From NCBI GenBank assembly GCA_036918135.1, contig JBALDB010000055.1, forward strand, positions 32,001 to 96,000: DNA of 64,000 nucleotides. The letters run 5' to 3'. The stretch is from Nostoc sp. GTDB taxonomy: Bacteria; Cyanobacteriota; Cyanobacteriia; Cyanobacteriales; Nostocaceae. Shown here one piece after another: positions 31,630-41,821 of the stretch (positions are counted from its first letter, which is position 1; every line of letters starts with the position of its first letter). The notes under the pieces were generated by a model. It searched no databases and was not told the origin of the DNA. It saw only the letters and a list, made by a program, of their open reading frames with translations. Made by a program: the position numbers and the translations under genes.

Positions 31630-31750
31630 GTTCGGCGGGCATTCTGACTCACAAGGCAAGCCTTGATTACAGCTGCGGGACAGCGCCGGATTTGCACCGT
31701 ACTTTCCCCCTTACGTCCGATGGCTGCTCCCCATCAGAACCGAGATTCCT
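31630..31750 (-). ncRNA. Cobalamin riboswitch
   Basis: Minus strand reads GGTTCT...GGGGAAAGTACGGTGCAAATCCGGCGCTGTCCCGCAGCTGTAA...GAGTCAGAATGCCCGCC (B12 box); upstream of DUF1636-metE. Confidence 0.92.
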
Positions 31751-31966
31751 TTGTATATTAACACAACTGGATTTGCTTGCGTAAGTTACTCCAAGCAATT
31801 AATGAAGCGATCGCATTGCTGATAGATCTAATTGTTTTGATATTCAACTACATTTACTACCTCACTGCTAGCAATGTCTCAACGACAAGCCAAACAAGCG
31901 TCTATGCCTCAGACCCCACCTTTATGGGAAAATATCGCAAATATTGCCTATCGCTCAAGCTGAAAA

Positions 31967-32959
31967 ATGACCATCACCATTTCGCGACATAACTTTTTCG
32001 ATGTCTATTTTGAAGTTGAACAAACTAAGCAACGCTACGATCGTGCTGACGAATTTGATAATCTTTGGCAGTACCCATCCCAGTTTGGTGAAGGATACAG
32101 CCGAACCATCCAACTACAACACGGATTGGGACTAATGATCAATCAGTATCAACTCCATGAAGATTTGGCGATCAAAGTCTCGGAACGTGGAGATGATTAT
32201 TTACATTATGGATGTTGTCTTTCAGGGAGTTATGAAAGTCGGGATGTCCACAGCAGCAGTAATAGGTTTGGTGGAGCAGGACACTATCTTGTTTTGAGCG
32301 GTGGGGCATTACCTAGCCAAATCGGAGCAAACTCAGCAAGGCAGCGCTTTGTGATAGTAAATGCCTGGATTTCACCGGAGCGATTTTGCTCCTTTGCAGG
32401 CAATGCCTCAGGAGAAATCCCAGCAGAGTTAGAGTATCTAGTTAGGCAGTCAACCCAGGAACCACATATCAGGTATGAAAAGACCTTACCTGCAATGCAG
32501 CTAGTCGCACAGCAAATTCTGCATTGCCCTTACTGGGGCATGACTAAGCGGATCTATCTAGAAAGTAAAGCTTTAGAACTGTTGGCACTGATGCTCACAG
32601 AGGAAAGGGAAGCACAGCAAGGTAAACAACTGCCATCTAAATTGAAATTGCAACATGTTGACTGCATTCACCACGCCAGAAATATTTTGCTAGGAAGTCT
32701 TGACAATCCACCATCATTAATGGAATTAGCGCGAAAAGTAGGATTAAATGAACGCAGTCTCAGGCAAGGATTTCGTCGAGTCTTTGGTACAACTGCGTTT
32801 GCCTACCTACATGACTATCGCCTGGAGAAAGCACGCCAACTCCTCAGTACTAGGGAAATGAAAGTGATTGAGGTGGCGTATAGCATCGGCTTTGTTAATC
32901 GCAGTTACTTCGCAGCCGCATTTAAGAAAAAGTTTGGTCTTTTATACCCTTTGTTCTAG
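31967..32959 (+). CDS. AraC (PchR-like) regulator 1; last residues apparently replaced
   Basis: CPY.G.TKR.YLESK, PPSL.ELA, double HTH; ends KKFGLLYPLF instead of KKFG.NP. Confidence 0.9.
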   Translation: MTITISRHNFFDVYFEVEQTKQRYDRADEFDNLWQYPSQFGEGYSRTIQLQHGLGLMINQYQLHEDLAIKVSERGDDYLHYGCCLSGSYESRDVHSSSNRFGGAGHYLVLSGGALPSQIGANSARQRFVIVNAWISPERFCSFAGNASGEIPAELEYLVRQSTQEPHIRYEKTLPAMQLVAQQILHCPYWGMTKRIYLESKALELLALMLTEEREAQQGKQLPSKLKLQHVDCIHHARNILLGSLDNPPSLMELARKVGLNERSLRQGFRRVFGTTAFAYLHDYRLEKARQLLSTREMKVIEVAYSIGFVNRSYFAAAFKKKFGLLYPLF

Positions 32960-33041
32960 TGTCAAATAGCGATGTCTGATGACAAGCCCTTAAGAGCGTC
33001 TACGCCTCACACTCCAGTTTCACGAGCAACTCTTGCAGCAG

Positions 33042-33088
33042 AAAAAAGTCCGGTTAACGTTCAAAAAAAGTCTGTATCACGTTCAAAA
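33042..33088 (+). promoter_or_regulatory. 22-bp-period direct repeat, putative AraC operator of TBDT1
   Basis: AAAAAAGTC...ACGTTCAAAA twice, upstream of the Fur-box-like ATTGAGAGTACTTGTCA. Confidence 0.6.
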
Positions 33089-33157
33089 TTTCTTTGAATC
33101 GCACTAGTCTATCCAGTACTCTTATTGAGAGTACTTGTCAGGTTTGGTGGGGAAGTG

Positions 33158-35716
33158 ATGACAAATCAGTTGCAACAAGTGGCGTTGATGGTGAGTGCGC
33201 TGCTAGTATTGGGTATTGGGCCTGCCTGGGCACAAATATCTGAGAAAAAGACCGCTAATATTCCTAACATCCGTGACGTGAAACTTCCGCTCACTAGCGC
33301 CGAAATGCTTGTGCAGTCGTCAACATCAGAAGTTGTACAGGTTACTGGAGTTAAGGCAAATCCCACAGATAAAGGTGTGGAGGTGATTTTACAGACAACC
33401 AAGGGCGAACAATTACAACTAGTAAATCGCAGTGCTGGTAATAGCTTCATTGTTGATGTTCCCAATGCTCAACTGCGTTTACCGTCGGGTGAGGCTTTCA
33501 CATTTCGCTCTGAAAAACCAATTGCAGGTGTTACACAGATAACAGTAGTCAACTTTGATGCCAATACAATCCGGGTGACGGTGATAGGTGAGGTAGGTTT
33601 GCCAGTCGTCGATTTGTATGACAGTGCTAACGAGGGTATTATCTTTAGCGTAGCTAGTACCGCACCTCAAGCGCAACAGCCGACACAACCTCAAGCACAA
33701 CAACCACCTACACAGCAGCCCCAAAATCAGACACAGCCAAGTCAACCGATTGAGTTGGTGGTAACAGGAGAGCAAGATGGATACAATGCACCAGATGCAT
33801 CAACTGCTACTAAGACTGATACTCCTTTACGCGATATTCCCCAGTCGATTCAAGTCATCCCTGCAACTGTGATTCAAGATCAAGGCGCAGTTCGTCTCAA
33901 CGAAATCGTCCGCAATGTCAGTAGTGTATCAACTTCAAACAATGATGGCGGTCAGTCACAAAGTTACAAAATTCGGGGATTCGATGCTAACGTTTACAAA
34001 AACGGTTATCCTGACGATTATTTCTCCGATCAAGACAGTGCCAATATTGAGCGAGTTGAAGTCCTCAAAGGACCAGCGTCAGTGTTGTTTGGACGCTTGG
34101 AACCTTCGGGTATCATCAATCTTGTCACCAAGAAGCCATTAGCTTCACCCTACTACAATGTAGGTTTTACCGCAGGTAGCTATAGTTTTTATCGCCCCAC
34201 ATTAGATTTTTCCGGTCCACTGACAGAGGACGGAAAATTGGGTTATCGTCTCAACATTGACTACGAAAATTCTGGAAGTTTCCGTGACTTTGTAAACAAA
34301 GAAAGATTTTTTATTGCTCCTGTACTCGCTTGGAAAATTGGTGACAGGACAAACCTGACTTTTGAAGGTGAATATCTTCACACGGAAAGTCCTTACGATC
34401 GCGGGTTAGTGACAATTGGCGATCGCGTTGCAGATATTCCGATAAGCCGCTATCTCAGCGATCCGAGAAATTTAGTCGTTGCAGATGGATCGAAAACCTA
34501 CTTGACTTTGAATCATGAGTTTAATCAGAATTTATCGATGCGTACTGCTTTTCGGGTGACGACTTCACAATATACATTTAATAGTTTTGTCCTTCAGGGA
34601 TTAGGTGCTAGTGACGACGGAACTTTAGTTCTATTTAATACTCCCCTAAGTCTGTATCGTGAAACTTACTATCTACAGAATGACTTAACAGCTAAATTCA
34701 ATACTGGTTTTATCAAGCATACACTTTTGTTTGGTCTGGAGCTTGGTAAAGAGTCTCAGTGGCAGCAGAACGAGGCAGGACCCGATCAGTCGATTAATAT
34801 TTTTAATCCGGTCTACAACTTTTCTTTTGGTCGATATCAGCCAACTCGTGATAATGCAATCAATAGCACCTCTTTCGGAATTTATCTCCAAGATCAAATA
34901 AGTGTGTTTGATAATCTCAAACTCCTCGTAGGTGGCAGGTTTGACACTTATCATTCCACAATACAAGATTTCCTCAATACCTCAACCACAAAGACAGATA
35001 GCGATGCGTTTTCACCCCGCGTGGGAATTGTTTACCAACCGACAAAAGAAATTTCACTGTTTGCCAACTATAGTCGCTCGTTCGTTCCTATAACTGGTAG
35101 CGATAAGAATAACAATGCTTTTGTGCCTGAACGGGGAACTGGCTACGAAGCTGGCATCAAAGGAGACTTTTTCAATAATCGCCTCTCCTCTACTCTAGCT
35201 TTCTACACAGTTACCAAAACCAATGTCGTAACTGCCGATCCCAGCGATCCCGCTAACTTTGAAATTCAAGTCGGCGAACAACGCGCTCGTGGAATTGAGT
35301 TGGATGTGGCTGGAGAAATCCTACCGGGTTGGAAAATTATTGCCTCTTACGGTTATATAGATGCACAAATTACTAAAGACAATAGCTATCCAATCGGAAA
35401 TACTCTCTCCAATACACCCCAACATACTGGTTCCTTGTGGACAACTTATACATTTCAAACAGGCCCTTTAGAAGGGTTTGGTTTTGGTGGAGGCATTTTT
35501 GCAAACAGCAGAGCTTATGGAGATTTGAATAACTCTTTTACTGTACCTGGTTTTGTACGGACTGATGCGGCACTTTTCTACAAAAAGGATCGCTTGAGAG
35601 CATCTGTTAATTTCAAGAACCTATTTAGTACCAGATATTTCGAGACTGCTTTTTTCGGTTCAGCTTATCCGGCTGCACCTTTTACCGTGCAAGGAACAAT
35701 TTCTTGGGAGTTTTAA
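33158..35716 (+). CDS. TonB-dependent siderophore receptor with AMIN domain (TBDT1)
   Basis: Signal peptide, AMIN, IELVVTG TonB box, DIPQSIQV plug, ERVEVLKGPAS, C-terminal SWEF. Confidence 0.95.
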   Translation: MTNQLQQVALMVSALLVLGIGPAWAQISEKKTANIPNIRDVKLPLTSAEMLVQSSTSEVVQVTGVKANPTDKGVEVILQTTKGEQLQLVNRSAGNSFIVDVPNAQLRLPSGEAFTFRSEKPIAGVTQITVVNFDANTIRVTVIGEVGLPVVDLYDSANEGIIFSVASTAPQAQQPTQPQAQQPPTQQPQNQTQPSQPIELVVTGEQDGYNAPDASTATKTDTPLRDIPQSIQVIPATVIQDQGAVRLNEIVRNVSSVSTSNNDGGQSQSYKIRGFDANVYKNGYPDDYFSDQDSANIERVEVLKGPASVLFGRLEPSGIINLVTKKPLASPYYNVGFTAGSYSFYRPTLDFSGPLTEDGKLGYRLNIDYENSGSFRDFVNKERFFIAPVLAWKIGDRTNLTFEGEYLHTESPYDRGLVTIGDRVADIPISRYLSDPRNLVVADGSKTYLTLNHEFNQNLSMRTAFRVTTSQYTFNSFVLQGLGASDDGTLVLFNTPLSLYRETYYLQNDLTAKFNTGFIKHTLLFGLELGKESQWQQNEAGPDQSINIFNPVYNFSFGRYQPTRDNAINSTSFGIYLQDQISVFDNLKLLVGGRFDTYHSTIQDFLNTSTTKTDSDAFSPRVGIVYQPTKEISLFANYSRSFVPITGSDKNNNAFVPERGTGYEAGIKGDFFNNRLSSTLAFYTVTKTNVVTADPSDPANFEIQVGEQRARGIELDVAGEILPGWKIIASYGYIDAQITKDNSYPIGNTLSNTPQHTGSLWTTYTFQTGPLEGFGFGGGIFANSRAYGDLNNSFTVPGFVRTDAALFYKKDRLRASVNFKNLFSTRYFETAFFGSAYPAAPFTVQGTISWEF

Positions 35717-35771
35717 CGTCAGCCTCCACGGCTGAATTCTCGTGTAGCAATAATGTTTTAAGGTACCTGCT

Positions 35772-35861
35772 ATAAACTCTAAAAAAGTACGTGACTTGGT
35801 ATTTACCCTTGGCTATAAGTTTGTGGGCATGATTGGTTTTCTGATGTCTTTTATAAGTATT
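35772..35861 (+). pseudogene. PepSY-TM remnant (5' stub fused to an internal piece)
   Basis: NSKKVRDLVFT joined to GYKFVGMIGFLMSFISI (compare 52068-52118). Confidence 0.65.
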
Positions 35862-35992
35862 TGAGTTATTTTTGTGCTTGTTCTTCTGGTGTCAAATAGC
35901 GATGTTTGACCACAAGCCGCTTTAAGTGTCTACGCCTGACACCAAACTTTCATGAGAAACTATTGCAAGTATTGCAATTATCGCTCAGTTCC

Positions 35993-36997
35993 ATGACCAT
36001 CTCCATTTCGCGGAATTACTTCTGGGAAATCTATTTTGAAGATGAACCAAGCAAGCAACGCTACGATTCTTCAGACGAATTTGACATGATTTGGCAGTAC
36101 CCACCCCAGTTTGGCAAAGGATACAGCCGAACCATTGAGTTACGAGAGGGATTGGGACTGCTGATCAATGACTACCGACTTGATGACCGCCTAGTTGTAA
36201 AAGTGCCAGAACGTGCAGGCGATAACATACAGTACATCTTTCGTCTTTCAGGAAGCCATGAAATTTGGGATATTCATACAAGGAATCATCAAACAGGAGG
36301 AGCAGGACAGTATTTTTTCGGGGGTAGTGGCGCAGCTCCTAGCGAAATTTGTGCAATTTTACCAGAGCAACATCATTTGGTTATGTGTGTTTGGATGGCA
36401 CGAGAGCTATTTTGCTCATTTGCAGGCAATGTAGAGAGAAAAATTCCTTCTGCGTTAAAATCTCTCATTAGTCCAATAGAACAGTCCAATTATAGGGGTA
36501 GTGGAACAACTACAGCAGCAATGCAAGAAATTGTACAACAAATACTGCACTGTCCTTATTACGGAATGACTAAACGGATGTATCTAGAGAGCAAGGCGTT
36601 GGAGTTGATAACACTAATCGTTCAAGAGGAGTTGGAAATAAAAGAGAATAAGCAGAATCCTACTCTACTGAAACTAGATGATGTCGATCGCATACACTTG
36701 GCGAGAAATATTTTGCTAAAAAATCTTGACAATCCACCATCGTTAATTCAGTTAGCAAAGCAAGCCGGAATTAACGAGCGCAAACTCAAAGAGGGCTTTC
36801 GTTTTTGCTTTGGTACAACGGTGTTTGGCTATTTACACAACTATCGCATGGAACAAGCGCGATCGCTTTTGGTGGCGGGGCAGTTGAGTGTTAAACAAGT
36901 TGCCCGGATTATTGGTTATGCAAGTCCAACTTCATTTCATGCTGCATTTCGTAAAAAATTCGGCATCAATCCTGGAGATTATTTGAAACGCTGCTGA
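35993..36997 (+). CDS. AraC (PchR-like) regulator 2
   Basis: Same motifs as regulator 1; ATG 35993 chosen by paralogy (MTISISRN). Confidence 0.92.
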   Translation: MTISISRNYFWEIYFEDEPSKQRYDSSDEFDMIWQYPPQFGKGYSRTIELREGLGLLINDYRLDDRLVVKVPERAGDNIQYIFRLSGSHEIWDIHTRNHQTGGAGQYFFGGSGAAPSEICAILPEQHHLVMCVWMARELFCSFAGNVERKIPSALKSLISPIEQSNYRGSGTTTAAMQEIVQQILHCPYYGMTKRMYLESKALELITLIVQEELEIKENKQNPTLLKLDDVDRIHLARNILLKNLDNPPSLIQLAKQAGINERKLKEGFRFCFGTTVFGYLHNYRMEQARSLLVAGQLSVKQVARIIGYASPTSFHAAFRKKFGINPGDYLKRC

Positions 36998-37006
36998 ACA
37001 TTTGCT

Positions 37007-37050
37007 AAAAAAGTCCGGCTGCAAGAAGAAAAAGTCCTGCTCGAAGAAGA
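37007..37050 (+). promoter_or_regulatory. 21-bp-period direct repeat, putative AraC operator of TBDT2
   Basis: AAAAAGTCCGGCTGCAAGAAG / AAAAAGTCCTGCTCGAAGAAG. Confidence 0.6.
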
Positions 37051-37151
37051 CACGCTCATTAACAAAAACTCTATCCAAGGTAAGATTCTTGAGAAAGATT
37101 GTTGATTTTTTAAATTTTTCTCAAATTCTTGGATCTTAGGTGTGTGGAGTG

Positions 37152-39776
37152 ATGATAAATAAATTGCAACAAGTGGTGTTGATGGTAAGCACCCTGTTCG
37201 TGTTGGGTATTCAGGCTGGGTTAGCACAAACGCAACAGCAGAAATCTGCAAGTTCTAATATCCCTAGTATCCGCGAGATCAAACTTCCATTCACTAGCGC
37301 TCAAATGTTAGTGCAGTCTCAAGCTCCACAAAACCCCGCTTCGCAAGAGGGAAAACAGGAAAATGAAATTGTGCCAATAACGGGGGTGAAAGCTAATCCT
37401 ACCGATAAAGGTGTGGAGGTGATTTTAGAGACACCTGTTGGTACTCAACTGCAAGTTACAAATCGCAGTACTGGTAATAATTTTATAGTCGATGTATCAG
37501 GTGGACAATTACGACTGCCTAGTGGCGAGGCATTCACATTTCGTTCCGAAAAACCACTTGCGGGAATTACTCAAATAATAGTAACGAATATTGATGCCAA
37601 TACTGTGCGAGTGACAGTGGTGGGTGAGAAAGCTTTGCCCATAGTTGAGTTATATGATGATGATGCAGGTCTGGTTTTTGCAGTAGTTTCTACAGCAACG
37701 GCGACTTCTCCACCACAGCCACCTCAAACACCCCAAGCTAATCAGCCTCTAAATCAGACACAGCCAACTCAACCATCAACAAGTGATGAGCCGATTGAGT
37801 TGGTGGTGACAGGTGAGCAAGATGGATACAATGCAACAGATGCATCAATTGGAACCAAAACAGATACTCCCCTGCGTGACGTTCCTCAGTCGATTCAGGT
37901 GGTGCCGCAACAGGTGATTAAAGACCAGCAACTATACCGCTTGGGTGATGTGTTAAAAAACGTACCGGGTGTGGTACAGTCAGGAAGCTCTCCGCGCAGC
38001 GTATTTGAGAGTTATTTGATTCGGGGTTTTAACAGTTCGGAAATCCTCAAAGACGGACTCTTAGATCGTTCGCTGGCTAATGGTGGCTACGAGTCTGTCA
38101 CGGTAGATCGCATCGAAGTTCTCAAAGGACCTGCCTCGGTTCTGTTTGGGCAAGGGTCACTGGGGGGTATTGTTAATATTGTCACGAAACAGCCATTGAG
38201 GGAACCCTACTACTTCCTAGAAGGCTCTGCGGGGAGTTTTAATTCTTATCGAGGGGCGATTGATCTGTCGGGTCCAGTTAATGCCGACAAAACGGTGCTG
38301 TATCGTTTAGGTGTTGCCGCCCGGACGACCGAAAGCTTTATTGATTTCTATCAACATCAATTCTACAACGTTTCACCTTCTTTAACCTGGCAAATTAACG
38401 ACAGAGCCAAGCTCACCTTGGCAGCCCAGTATTACGAAGATAAAGGACCCTTCGATTACGGTCTTCCAGCAGATGGTACTGTGTTCCCAAATCCTAACGG
38501 TAAGATTCCGCGCAATCGCTTCCGGGGTGAACCTTCAGTTGACGATAGCGATACTCGCATCTATCGAATTGGTTATAACTTTGAATACCGCTTTAGCGAC
38601 AACTGGCAAGTACGTAGCGCCTTGCAAACCTCATTTCTGCGTCTAGATAGAGAAGCTGTTTTTGGCAGCCTTGCAGCAAATAAACGTACCTTCACTCGAA
38701 GTTACGGCGAACAGAACTTCAACGATCACATCTACAATTTCGATACTTATGTTGTTGGCAAGTTCGCTACTGGCAGTATTCAACATCAACTGGTCACAGG
38801 ATTAAATCTATCCAGACAGGATACCTTTGCCACCAATTTCAATCGCGCGATCGCTCCTTTAGATCTATTCAATCCCCAGTACGGCAGCAGACCAACCGGA
38901 CCTGCTTTTAGTCCCTTGAACTATCGCATCAGGAACGATGCACTAGGTATTTATCTGCAAGATCAAATCACATTGGCAGACAACCTTAAGATACTGTTGG
39001 GTGGACGCTTCGACATTGCCAGTAATGATTATCGTCGATTAGACACTGTGCTGGGTGGCTTCCGACAAGATGAGGCATTTAGTCCCAGAGTTGGCATTGT
39101 CTATCAACCGATAAGACCCATTTCTCTCTACGCCAGCTACGGCAAATCGTTCCTCCAAGCTTCAACCACAGCCCGAGCCCAAGCCGAGCCTGAGCGTGGT
39201 ACCCAATACGAAGTGGGTGTCAAAGCAGATTTGAGTAGCCGTCTGGCGGCGACTTTGGCATTCTATGACCTGACTCGCACGAACTTGCCCACCCCAGATC
39301 CCAATAACCCATTGCTCTCTATCCTAGTGGGAGAACAGCGCAGCCGGGGGATTGAGTTTGATATTTCCGGCGAAATTTTACCGGGATGGAACGTCATTGC
39401 TGGCTATGCCTACACTGATGCCGAAGTTACCAAAGACAATACACCTATAGTGGGCAATCAAATCAACAATATTCCAAAAAACTCTTTCAACCTGTGGACA
39501 ACTTACGAAATTCAATCTGGTGCCCTGCAAGGATTCGGGGCTGGTTTGGGATTTTACTTTGTGGGAGACAGACAGGGCGATTTAAACAACACGTTTCAAA
39601 TACCGAGCTACTTTCGCACCGATGCTGCTCTGTTCTACAAACGTGGGCAATTGCGTGCTGGGCTGAATTTCAAGAATTTGTTTGACATTGATTATTTTGA
39701 CTCTGCCGCGTTTCGCGATCGCGTTTTCTATGGCGATCCGTTCACAGTGCAAGGGACGATTTCTTGGGAATTTTGA
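37152..39776 (+). CDS. TonB-dependent siderophore receptor with AMIN domain (TBDT2)
   Basis: Complete signal-AMIN-TonB box-plug-barrel architecture; ends SWEF. Confidence 0.95.
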   Translation: MINKLQQVVLMVSTLFVLGIQAGLAQTQQQKSASSNIPSIREIKLPFTSAQMLVQSQAPQNPASQEGKQENEIVPITGVKANPTDKGVEVILETPVGTQLQVTNRSTGNNFIVDVSGGQLRLPSGEAFTFRSEKPLAGITQIIVTNIDANTVRVTVVGEKALPIVELYDDDAGLVFAVVSTATATSPPQPPQTPQANQPLNQTQPTQPSTSDEPIELVVTGEQDGYNATDASIGTKTDTPLRDVPQSIQVVPQQVIKDQQLYRLGDVLKNVPGVVQSGSSPRSVFESYLIRGFNSSEILKDGLLDRSLANGGYESVTVDRIEVLKGPASVLFGQGSLGGIVNIVTKQPLREPYYFLEGSAGSFNSYRGAIDLSGPVNADKTVLYRLGVAARTTESFIDFYQHQFYNVSPSLTWQINDRAKLTLAAQYYEDKGPFDYGLPADGTVFPNPNGKIPRNRFRGEPSVDDSDTRIYRIGYNFEYRFSDNWQVRSALQTSFLRLDREAVFGSLAANKRTFTRSYGEQNFNDHIYNFDTYVVGKFATGSIQHQLVTGLNLSRQDTFATNFNRAIAPLDLFNPQYGSRPTGPAFSPLNYRIRNDALGIYLQDQITLADNLKILLGGRFDIASNDYRRLDTVLGGFRQDEAFSPRVGIVYQPIRPISLYASYGKSFLQASTTARAQAEPERGTQYEVGVKADLSSRLAATLAFYDLTRTNLPTPDPNNPLLSILVGEQRSRGIEFDISGEILPGWNVIAGYAYTDAEVTKDNTPIVGNQINNIPKNSFNLWTTYEIQSGALQGFGAGLGFYFVGDRQGDLNNTFQIPSYFRTDAALFYKRGQLRAGLNFKNLFDIDYFDSAAFRDRVFYGDPFTVQGTISWEF

Positions 39777-40039
39777 CCAAACAAGGCAAAAGTAAAAAAT
39801 TAAAAGGTAAAAGAAAGAAAAAGAAAAATGGTTTCTATATATATGCGATCGTGTGCGATCGCCTAACTGCTACTTTAGCATTCTATGGCTTGACTCGTAG
39901 CGATCGCACGTTTGCAAGCCAATGTTTGCATCTTCTAATTAATCATGCATTTGAGCGCTTCAGACTCAAATCCTCAATTGGCGATCGCGCACAAATCAAC
40001 GTTAATCTATATACTGGTGTTCAGCTCCTTTCAGGTGCT

Positions 40040-40071
40040 AGATTCCCGACTTTTAAAAAAGTCGGGGATCT
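40040..40071. repeat. Palindromic dispersed repeat; second copy at 61341-61373
   Basis: AGATTCCCGACTTTTAAAAAAGTCGGGGATCT. Confidence 0.7.
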
Positions 40072-40114
40072 GAGTATTCAGGTCTCTAAACACTCGTGCC
40101 AAGAGAAGACTTTT

Positions 40115-40277
40115 GTGTTTCGTGCAGGCGGAAGCAACTTCTGTCATCCCAGAAGTAACTTCTGCCGTCACATTTCCGTGTTTCGCGCAGCCAAAAGCAG
40201 CTTCTGTCATCCCAGAAGTAACTTCTGCCGTGACGAAACCGTGTTTCGCGCAGCCGGAAGTAACTTCTGCCTTGACG
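40115..40277. repeat. 63-bp tandem repeat built of 21-bp subunits
   Basis: GTGTTTCG.GCAG starts at 40115, 40178 and 40241; GAAGTAACTTCTG core. Confidence 0.85.
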
Positions 40278-40289
40278 TTTGTTTCAGTG

Positions 40290-40517
40290 GGATTTTACTT
40301 TGCCGGAGACAGGCAGGGAGATTTAGCCAACACGTTTGAATTACCTAGTTATTTCCGTACCGATGCTGCTATCTTCTACAAATTCCAGGGTCTGCGGGTA
40401 GGACTCAATTTCAAGAATTTGTTCAATATCGATTATTTTGACTCTGCCTCGTATCGCGATCGCGTTTTCTATGGCGATCCGTTCACAGTGCAGCCAACAA
40501 TTTCTTGGGAGTTTTGA
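40290..40517 (+). pseudogene. TBDT C-terminal fragment (paralog of the TBDT2 end)
   Basis: GFYFAGDRQGDL...RDRVFYGDPFTVQPTISWEF. Confidence 0.85.
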
Positions 40518-40819
40518 CACACACAGCTATCTGACATTTTAGGCGATACTCTTTGGGTCACTTCTCTACTCTATGCTGTACCTTAAGCGTAGCTATGCCG
40601 TAGGCTTTACGCGATCGCATCATCTAAAATGAGGCAAGGACATTCAAACTACCAAACCCTGATATAGTCTAGCTTTCTTAATTACGAATTACGAATTGAC
40701 AAAAGCACACACGCTTCCTCGGCTTGTCAATAGACATCGCTTCACACCGACTTTATGAGAAACTATTGCAAATATTGCGTTCACGAAGTGACTCGAAAGA
40801 GTATCGCTGAAGCTCAAAG

Positions 40820-41821
40820 ATGACCATCACCATTTCGCGGAATCTCTTTTGGGATGTCTATTTTGAAGTTGAACAAACCAAACAACGCTACGATCCTTCA
40901 GATGAATTTGATATTCTTTGGCAGTACCCACCCCAGTTTGGCGAAGGATATAGCCGGGATATTCAATTGCGCGAGGGATTGGGATTACTAATCAACAATT
41001 ATCAACTGCATGAGCGCCTAATTATTAAAGTCCCAGAACGTGAAGGCTGTATAAATTATGGCTTCTGTGTTTCAGGAGGTGGTGAAGCTTGGGATGTGCA
41101 TACAAAGAATCATTTCACTTGGAAGGAAGGACAATACCATTTGTCGGGAAATGGCGCATATCCCGATGCAGTTAATGCAGGTTCAGCAGGGGAACGGTAT
41201 CTGCGAGTAAATATTTCAATGTCACCAGAGCTATTTCGTTCCTTTACAGGCAATATCGAAGGAGAAGTTTCCCCACAACTAAAACATCTAGTCAGAAAAC
41301 CAACACAAGAAAGATATATCCGTAGTGGGGCGATCGCACCAGCAATGCAAGAAATTTTACAGCAAATACTGCACTGTCCCTATTACGGAATGACTAAACG
41401 GATGTATCTAGAGAGCAAGGCGCTGGAATTAATGATGCTAACGGTTGAAGAGGAGTTGCAAATAAAACAGGGCAAGCACAATTCTACTGCATTGAAACTA
41501 GATGATGTTGAACGCATACACCTAGCGAGAAATATTTTGCTCAGAAATCTTGACAATCCACCATCTTTAATTGAGTTAGCAAAGCAAGCCGGAATTAACG
41601 ATTGCAAACTCAAAGAAGGCTTTCGTCAGCTTTTTGGCACAACGGTATTTGGCTATTTGCACAACTATCGCATGGAACAGGCGCGATCGCTTTTGGTGGC
41701 GGGGCAGTTGAGTGTTAAACAAGTCGCCCGAATTGTTGGTTATGCAAGTCCAACTTCATTTCATGCGGCATTTCGCAAAAAATTCGGCATCAATCCTGGA
41801 GATTATTTGAAACGCTGCTAA
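40820..41821 (+). CDS. AraC (PchR-like) regulator 3
   Basis: C-terminal HTH half is nearly identical to regulator 2. Confidence 0.92.
   Translation: MTITISRNLFWDVYFEVEQTKQRYDPSDEFDILWQYPPQFGEGYSRDIQLREGLGLLINNYQLHERLIIKVPEREGCINYGFCVSGGGEAWDVHTKNHFTWKEGQYHLSGNGAYPDAVNAGSAGERYLRVNISMSPELFRSFTGNIEGEVSPQLKHLVRKPTQERYIRSGAIAPAMQEILQQILHCPYYGMTKRMYLESKALELMMLTVEEELQIKQGKHNSTALKLDDVERIHLARNILLRNLDNPPSLIELAKQAGINDCKLKEGFRQLFGTTVFGYLHNYRMEQARSLLVAGQLSVKQVARIVGYASPTSFHAAFRKKFGINPGDYLKRC

Noticed and set aside
33158..35716. TBDT1 as a B12 receptor (BtuB) controlled by the nearby riboswitch
   Set aside because: The riboswitch is on the opposite strand facing metE; TBDT1 is siderophore-receptor-like with an AraC partner
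40115..40277. Possible CRISPR array
   Set aside because: Contiguous 63-bp tandem units with no unique spacers, and no cas genes in the window
39764..40339. 191-aa ORF
   Set aside because: Read-through of heptamers, HIP1-bounded snippets and tandem repeats; not a coherent gene
23201..40517. Diversity-generating retroelement (Avd-like gene plus duplicated TBDT 3' ends as TR/VR)
   Set aside because: No reverse transcriptase in the window; differences between 40290-40517 and the TBDT2 end are largely synonymous and not adenine-specific
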